A DNA stretch of 64,000 bases, from the NCBI GenBank assembly GCA_030647555.1, contig JAUSJG010000008.1:1467-65466 (forward strand), in the 5' to 3' direction. The stretch comes from a bacterium (GTDB taxonomy: Bacteria > Patescibacteriota > Andersenbacteria > UBA10190 > CAIZMI01). Position numbers and translations under genes: made by a program. Below are positions 58,881 to 64,000 of the stretch, piece after piece (position 1 is the stretch's first letter; every line of letters starts with the position of its first letter). Below the pieces are notes generated by a model. The model did no database searches and was not told the DNA's origin. It saw only the letters and a list, made by a program, of their open reading frames with translations.

Positions 58881-59594
58881 TTATTTTAGGTGGTGTCTAT
58901 TGAACCGAATCGCCCACACCAACCACAGAGCCTCCCAAATTATTGACTTACTGATTTTTGATTTGCCTACTCTTCTATCAATAAACACGATTGGCATTTC
59001 GGAAATTTTTGCTTTGAGGGCGGATGCACGGGAATTCATTTCAATTTGAAAACCATAACCATCGGCATGAACGGTAGCAAGATTCATTTTCTTCAACAAC
59101 TCTGTTCTCCAGCACTTAAAACCGCCTGTGAGATCCGAAATTGGAACGCCAGTTACTAGGCGTGCATAGATATTGGCCCACTGGCTTAAAAGCCTGCGAT
59201 TGGTTTTCCAGTCGGAGACTTTTCCACCTTGCATATAACGTGAACCAATAACTAAATCGGTGGTTTTAATTTTATTTACAAATCGCAGGATATCGTTTGG
59301 GTCGTGCGAAAAATCCGCGTCCATCTGGATAATTGTATCGGCACCACGATTGATCGCCTCTTGAAAACCGGCCAAGTATGCACGCCCGAGACCCTCTTTT
59401 TTCGCGCGATTAAACAATGAAACTGGAGGAAATTTTTGTGAATAAGATTGAACGATTTGGCCGGTACCATCGGGTGAAGAATCATCAACCACGAGAATTG
59501 ATAGGTCCGGAATCTGTAATCCAATAATTGTCTCAATTAAATTACCGATATTTTCCTTTTCATTATATGTCGGTATTACAACTGTAGTTTTCAT
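58881..59594 (-). CDS. GT2 polyprenol-phosphate mannosyltransferase (Dpm1/PpmS-like)
   Basis: VVIPTYNEKENI...VVDDSSPDGT, DAD and QGGK motifs. ~237 aa. Confidence 0.8.
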   Translation of the reverse strand: MKTTVVIPTYNEKENIGNLIETIIGLQIPDLSILVVDDSSPDGTGQIVQSYSQKFPPVSLFNRAKKEGLGRAYLAGFQEAINRGADTIIQMDADFSHDPNDILRFVNKIKTTDLVIGSRYMQGGKVSDWKTNRRLLSQWANIYARLVTGVPISDLTGGFKCWRTELLKKMNLATVHADGYGFQIEMNSRASALKAKISEMPIVFIDRRVGKSKISKSIIWEALWLVWAIRFNRHHLK

Positions 59595-59597
59595 TTG

Positions 59598-59638
59598 AGA
59601 GAAAAGGTTAATAATTCCATATACTATATACTAAATAC
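59598..59638. repeat. solo family-1 right-terminus copy
   Basis: aataattccatatactatatactaaatactatatacaaata, in the same orientation as the terminus at 58820-58855. The two flank the GT2 gene. Confidence 0.6.
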
Positions 59639-59654
59639 TATATACAAATATTGA

Positions 59655-60734
59655 TTAAATCAAACTTCTTGTTTTTAACGCGCTGACTAATTCCGCAAAA
59701 ACCGTATCGACAGGTATCGTGGCAACGCAACTTTTGTCGGATTGTCGGCCTGGTTCTTGCCAGGATCGAAATTTGGCAGATTTGGCTTCAGTAGAAGAAA
59801 GATTCTTGCAAGGTTTTTCGCGTTTAAGAAAACATGGTTCATTGCATGTCGGTCCTCCGATTGTAACATGGTATTTCTTGGGGTCAGATATATGCGGATT
59901 CAGGAAGAAACTTGGCGCGGCACGATGTAATGGTTGCCCACCGTAGAGACAAATTGTCTGCAGTCTTGCTGAAGCGGCAAAATGCAACGGGGCGCTCATA
60001 ACACCAATACCGATATCGCAAGAGCCGGCGAATGCGATATTTTCGCGTAGCGTTAATCCTCGGTCATCATATGTTTTAGGATATTTCGCACCAAACCAAA
60101 TTGGTGTAATTCCTAATTCGTTTTTAATTTTATTCTCCAGTTGAGCTGTTTTTTCCGGATCCCAACCGCGCATTGTTTGGCCGTTGATGCTTTCCAGAAA
60201 AACAATCCGGGGTCCGGGAAATTGTTCCGCGACTCTTTTGCCGACTTTCCAATCTTCTTCCGACCCGTAAAATGGGTAATTTCCGTAAGAAATATTTTTA
60301 AGTCCAAGGTGTTCAAAAACTTTTTCTACCGGATTATCAAAAATTCCTAAACCGAAATCCAGTTCGGCGACCAAATCGTAATTTTTTTTTACGGACTCAT
60401 AATGTTTGGGACTCCATGTTGGGTAAGATTTTCCGCCTTCAACGCAAATGGCGCCTTCAAGGGACAATTTTTTATCGTGCCAATGAATCAGATGATCGAT
60501 ATGTGGATTTTCTTGCATCAGGGCGATACAGAAACCGTCTTGATTTCTCTCGCCCCAACGCCCTTTTTTGTCTTTATAACCCCAGGCGGTGACTAGAGTG
60601 ATTTCCGCCTCCGGATATTGTTGTGCTAAAACTTCCAAGGCCGGACCAACTAAAAAAAGGTGGTCGCCCATATTGCCAACGTGTTTAAGTAAAATTTTCC
60701 GCGGTGAATTTTCCAGCATATTATTTTTCCACAA
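59655..60734 (-). CDS. glycosyltransferase family 9-like
   Basis: N-terminal ILLKHVGNMGDHLFLVGPALEVLAQQYPEAEITLV. C-terminal GSCDIGIGVMSAPLHFAA...LYGG. Confidence 0.55.
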   Translation of the reverse strand: MWKNNMLENSPRKILLKHVGNMGDHLFLVGPALEVLAQQYPEAEITLVTAWGYKDKKGRWGERNQDGFCIALMQENPHIDHLIHWHDKKLSLEGAICVEGGKSYPTWSPKHYESVKKNYDLVAELDFGLGIFDNPVEKVFEHLGLKNISYGNYPFYGSEEDWKVGKRVAEQFPGPRIVFLESINGQTMRGWDPEKTAQLENKIKNELGITPIWFGAKYPKTYDDRGLTLRENIAFAGSCDIGIGVMSAPLHFAASARLQTICLYGGQPLHRAAPSFFLNPHISDPKKYHVTIGGPTCNEPCFLKREKPCKNLSSTEAKSAKFRSWQEPGRQSDKSCVATIPVDTVFAELVSALKTRSLI

Positions 60735-61884
60735 GTACGTTATTCACCCAATGAAATTCGGGGAAGTTTTGAACTTCATCTTTCTTGATTAAATCGACGA
60801 GTTTTGTAAAACGCGTCACGGTGTTTTCAAAATTGTAAGAAAGAATACGGTGTCGGGCGCGTTCGGTTGTCTCGCTGTAAAAAGAATTATCACCCAATAG
60901 GTGCGTACCAAGCTTGATTGCTGTGTGAAAATCTTCTACGTCACGCACCATAAGTTCCGGAAAAAGTTCCGTTTGCGCGTCGCTGGGGCCACCAATTGAA
61001 GCCGTGCCCACCGCGGCGCAGTCTGCTTGCACCCGTCCGCGTGTCCACCACGTATCCATATTTAACACAATTTTTACTCCGGCCAAATATGGCAGATATT
61101 GGCGCCACGGACGGAAGGGAACGATCTCGTGGATGGTGCCTTTGAGTAGTTGGGTGTTTAACGGCGAATCGGGCGTGGCAGTAACGTGAATAATACTGTC
61201 GCGGAATTGGCGTTGAATTTCTTTGGCCGCCAGATGGCCGGCTAAAATATCCGGACGGGAAGTTTCCCCGGCGATAAAAATAATCGATTCTTTGTCTGCC
61301 GGTTCGCGCCAAGATTTTTGGGCATATTCGGCCGGGTAGGGTTGGGGAATATAAACGACAGGTGTTTTCGTAAGTGATTGTTGGTAGGGAACTGTCGCTC
61401 GCACAATCGAAAGAACGGCATGGCAGGAGTTGTAAAATTCAATTAAAGAAGAAAGATGTTCCGCGCCTGAACGCCACTGATCGCGCAATTGTCCGAATGG
61501 TTGCGTTGGTACGCCGACAATCACCATTGCCGGATATGTTGCACGCAAGCGTTTCACGAACTTCGCGAGCTCGTTGCCGCGTTTCCAGTCGTACACAACT
61601 AACAATGTGTCAAAATTTTTGAAATAACCAAGAGAATAATTTCCCCAGGTGGCGAGTAGTCGCCAATGCAAACGTTGGTACAAACCTTGCAAAACATTTC
61701 CATCCAGTTGTCCTAAAATTGCACCAGTGAGGGGAACATGTTGTCCATTAAAGGCTGTTGTGTAAGAACCAAAAGAAGTGGGATCGATTTCGGAAAGCGG
61801 ATCGCCAAGATAGTTAGGATGTTCTTCGGAAGGAATCCAAATTTTATGGCTTTTAGTGGTGTATTCTACGCAGGCAAATTTCAT
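60721..61884 (-). CDS. hypothetical protein, possible GT-B-fold glycosyltransferase
   Basis: 387 aa in the glycan locus. Overlaps the downstream gene by 14 bp. No signature confirmed. Confidence 0.35.
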   Translation of the reverse strand: MKFACVEYTTKSHKIWIPSEEHPNYLGDPLSEIDPTSFGSYTTAFNGQHVPLTGAILGQLDGNVLQGLYQRLHWRLLATWGNYSLGYFKNFDTLLVVYDWKRGNELAKFVKRLRATYPAMVIVGVPTQPFGQLRDQWRSGAEHLSSLIEFYNSCHAVLSIVRATVPYQQSLTKTPVVYIPQPYPAEYAQKSWREPADKESIIFIAGETSRPDILAGHLAAKEIQRQFRDSIIHVTATPDSPLNTQLLKGTIHEIVPFRPWRQYLPYLAGVKIVLNMDTWWTRGRVQADCAAVGTASIGGPSDAQTELFPELMVRDVEDFHTAIKLGTHLLGDNSFYSETTERARHRILSYNFENTVTRFTKLVDLIKKDEVQNFPEFHWVNNVLVEK

Positions 61885-61899
61885 AGGATTGAGTTAAAA

Positions 61900-63486
61900 T
61901 TATTTTCGCTTAATTGCATAATACATTATTTCGCGAATTGTGCTGAATTCCGGCACGCGCAGCACATAGGCGGTAACTAAATAGGCCGTTAAGCCGAAAG
62001 TCGCACTACCCAGAATTGTCACGATATCGTTGGTAATGCCTGAAGTGAGTCCGCTGAAAATATGGCGACCCAGATAGGTGCCGGCAAACAGAACCGCACC
62101 GCTGATTAGTATTTTAAATAAACTGGTATCGGCAAAAATTGTCCAAAGATGCGGGACGCGTTTTGAAAGCCAGATCGCGTAAAGCGACGTTAAGATAAAC
62201 GGCGAAATCGCGGAACCTAATGCCAGTCCTTTTACACCTAACCGCGGAGCAAACACGTAAAAAAGTACCATGGTTAAACATTGCGTAATTATTGTGACAA
62301 CAACAGAAACGCGCGTCACTTTCATCGCGAGCGCAAGGTGACCGAGCAGTGAACTTAAGCCGTTTGCTAGAAGACCGAGTAAAAGAATTCCCAAAACGGC
62401 GGAGGTCATGCCCGTATCGATGGTGGTGAAAGAACCGCGTTCGTAAAGTAAACGAATGACGTTGGTGCGAAGAAGAACGATACCAATTGTAAGCGGAATG
62501 CCGAAGAAAACCATAAAACGAAACGCTTGTTTTGTTGTTTTTACAATCTCACTTTCCAAACCCGTGGCGACCGCGCGCGAGAAAGCGGGGAACGAAACAA
62601 CAACAATGTTGGCAAGAAAAAGACTGTTGGTCATCTGAGCAATTTTGTCACCAAACTTAAGCGCCGAAAGGGATCCCTCCGGAAAATGGGAAACCAAAAT
62701 GCGATAAACAATTCCCGCGCCTTGCGCGGCGATGATGCTTAAAATAAACGGAGAAACCAAAAGCAGTACTCGAATTAGGTCTGGATCGGTGAAAGAAAGA
62801 GTTGGGCGATAGGGCACGCCTTCACGATAAAGTGCCCAAAGAATTAATGATAATTGTAAGAGCCCGCCGATGAGCGCGCCAAACGCCAAAACGATAATGC
62901 CGTAGCGATCGGTCAAAAAGACGACGAAGAAAAAAGAAAGAAGTGGAGAAATGAGGCGCGCTGCCGCCGGCAAACCGAAAATGTGCAACGAATTAAGCAT
63001 TGATGCGCCTAAGTCTAAAAGCATCGTAAAAAAGAAGGCGGGCAACATGACGCGTAAAATTTCCACCGTGACGTGGTGTACCTCCGGCGAAAAACCGGGA
63101 GCAATAAATGAAACAATCGGATTGATAAACAATTCCAAGATAATCAAGGCGACCGTAAAAATAATCGCCGAGACATTAAATAAATTATTCGCCAGTTTCC
63201 AGGCGCGGTCCTGCTGGCCACCGGTTAAATATTCGACAAAAATGGGCAAAAAAACGGAAGTGATAGATCCACCGAGTAAAATTTTCGCCAAAAGTTCGGA
63301 AGTTCCCTGCGCCATAAAATAGGCGTCCGTACTACCGGAAGCGCCGAATTTATAGGCAATGGAAAGTTGCAGCAAAAAGCCCGCCAAAAGCGCTCCAACA
63401 GTAGAGATGCCGATGGCACCGCCCGCCCGCGCCGCCTTGAAAAGCGGGGGCGGTTTTATGACTGATTCCGTTGTGCGTGAATCCAT
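61900..63486 (-). CDS. murJ: lipid II flippase MurJ (MviN)
   Basis: GASGSTDAYFMAQGTSELLAKILLGGSITSVFLPIF is the MurJ N-terminal signature. 14 TM helices. Start moved to MDSRTTES because the upstream codons lie in the palindromic repeat. Confidence 0.8.
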   Translation of the reverse strand: MDSRTTESVIKPPPLFKAARAGGAIGISTVGALLAGFLLQLSIAYKFGASGSTDAYFMAQGTSELLAKILLGGSITSVFLPIFVEYLTGGQQDRAWKLANNLFNVSAIIFTVALIILELFINPIVSFIAPGFSPEVHHVTVEILRVMLPAFFFTMLLDLGASMLNSLHIFGLPAAARLISPLLSFFFVVFLTDRYGIIVLAFGALIGGLLQLSLILWALYREGVPYRPTLSFTDPDLIRVLLLVSPFILSIIAAQGAGIVYRILVSHFPEGSLSALKFGDKIAQMTNSLFLANIVVVSFPAFSRAVATGLESEIVKTTKQAFRFMVFFGIPLTIGIVLLRTNVIRLLYERGSFTTIDTGMTSAVLGILLLGLLANGLSSLLGHLALAMKVTRVSVVVTIITQCLTMVLFYVFAPRLGVKGLALGSAISPFILTSLYAIWLSKRVPHLWTIFADTSLFKILISGAVLFAGTYLGRHIFSGLTSGITNDIVTILGSATFGLTAYLVTAYVLRVPEFSTIREIMYYAIKRK

Positions 63487-63559
63487 GAGTAACTGTTGAA
63501 TAGAATAGCCCAAAAAGGCCCAAAAGTCTATTGAATTAAGGCTTGTTTTGAGTGTTTTT

Positions 63560-63843
63560 TGGGTCACACGCAATAGTGGGATACTGGAATAAACAGAATT
63601 AGCGTCAAACCACAGAAGACGGCGTCGTTACCCTCCTTTTTCAAATTGCACACGCTTTGGCGGTGTTTCGCCGATGCTCAAAGGGCGAGGGTGGATTAAG
63701 TTAAAAAACTGCGATGTTCTTATTGTCACAATCCCTCCCCGCCTTTAGTCCATCAGGGCAACACCGCCGAAGTGTGTGCAACCTTTAAATAAAGGGAGGA
63801 ATTGCTGTGTTTACCTCAAATGACCCACTATTGCGTGTGATCC
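63560..63843. repeat. ~280-bp nested palindromic element, copy B (full length), inverted relative to copy A at 1541-1805
   Basis: Outer arms gggtcacacgcaatagtggga (63562-63582) and atgacccactattgcgtgtgatcc (63820-63843). The inner ~60-bp arms are cctcctttttcaaattgcacacgctttggcggtgtttcgccgatgctcaaagggcgagg and its inverted copy. Confidence 0.7.
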
Positions 63844-63866
63844 TGTTTTTTTGGTAAAAAATGTTC

Positions 63867-64000
63867 TCATTCTTTTTTGTTGGCAGGATTGGAAATTTCG
63901 ATGATCTTATTATTTTCCGGCATGTATTTGAAAAGGTAGGTTTTTTCATCAATGTCTTTTGGAATAATATCCGTATAGGCGACGCGAATCGAAGCATCGC
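63867..64000 (-). CDS. 3' end of an unidentified gene running off the window (…DASIRVAYTDIIPKDIDEKTYLFKYMPENNKIIEISNPANKKE*)
   Basis: Open frame on the minus strand from the window edge to the TGA stop at 63867-63869. Confidence 0.3.
   Translation of the reverse strand, partial: DASIRVAYTDIIPKDIDEKTYLFKYMPENNKIIEISNPANKKE

Overview
This 64-kb window comes from an AT-leaning bacterial genome (mostly about 37-45% GC), with several islands at about 55-62% GC. The overall organism type is inference only; no reference-genome comparison was possible.

Housekeeping genes with confident calls:
- A truncated dcw cluster, mraZ-rsmH-ftsL-ftsI, with no mur or fts genes following.
- typA/bipA.
- A complete F1Fo ATP synthase operon on the minus strand, atpZ-B-E-F-H-A-G-D-C.
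- A MacAB-like tripartite efflux set (adaptor, ABC ATPase, FtsX-type permease).
- znuABC, vanW, rmuC, gdhA and murJ.

The right third of the window (about 38.5-63.5 kb) is a cell-envelope glycan locus. It holds:
- GT2, GT4 and GT9 glycosyltransferases.
- A polysaccharide deacetylase, an epimerase/dehydratase and an O-methyltransferase.
- Two paralogous SAM methyltransferases.
- A NeuB-like nonulosonic-acid synthase fused to a sugar-phosphate isomerase TIM barrel.
- A CMP-sugar synthetase.
- A dolichol-phosphate-mannose-synthase-like GT2.

The most unusual content is the load of short structured repeats:
1. A MITE-like family with about 35-bp AT-rich terminal inverted repeats, at least 9 copies. 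It is concentrated in the glycan locus, and one enlarged copy carries a four-helix-bundle gene of the 23S-rRNA intervening-sequence protein family.
2. A second MITE-like family of three copies, one sitting inside the atp operon.
3. GC-rich REP-like hairpin units.
4. Two nested palindromes of about 280 bp near the window ends, in mutually inverted orientation and about 62 kb apart.
5. Several unique perfect palindromes with 21-26-bp stems that behave as terminators.

Other items worth a look:
- A three-gene minus-strand operon of a GHKL-type ATPase, a STAS-like DUF4325 protein and a degenerate Nudix protein. It sits beside tRNA-Glu(CUC) and an upstream truncated duplicate of that tRNA.
- GC-rich islands that carry ORFs, including an HNH-motif ORF.
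- A candidate structured RNA of about 600 bp upstream of the CMP-sugar synthetase gene.

No CRISPR array, rRNA gene, transposase or integrase gene was found.
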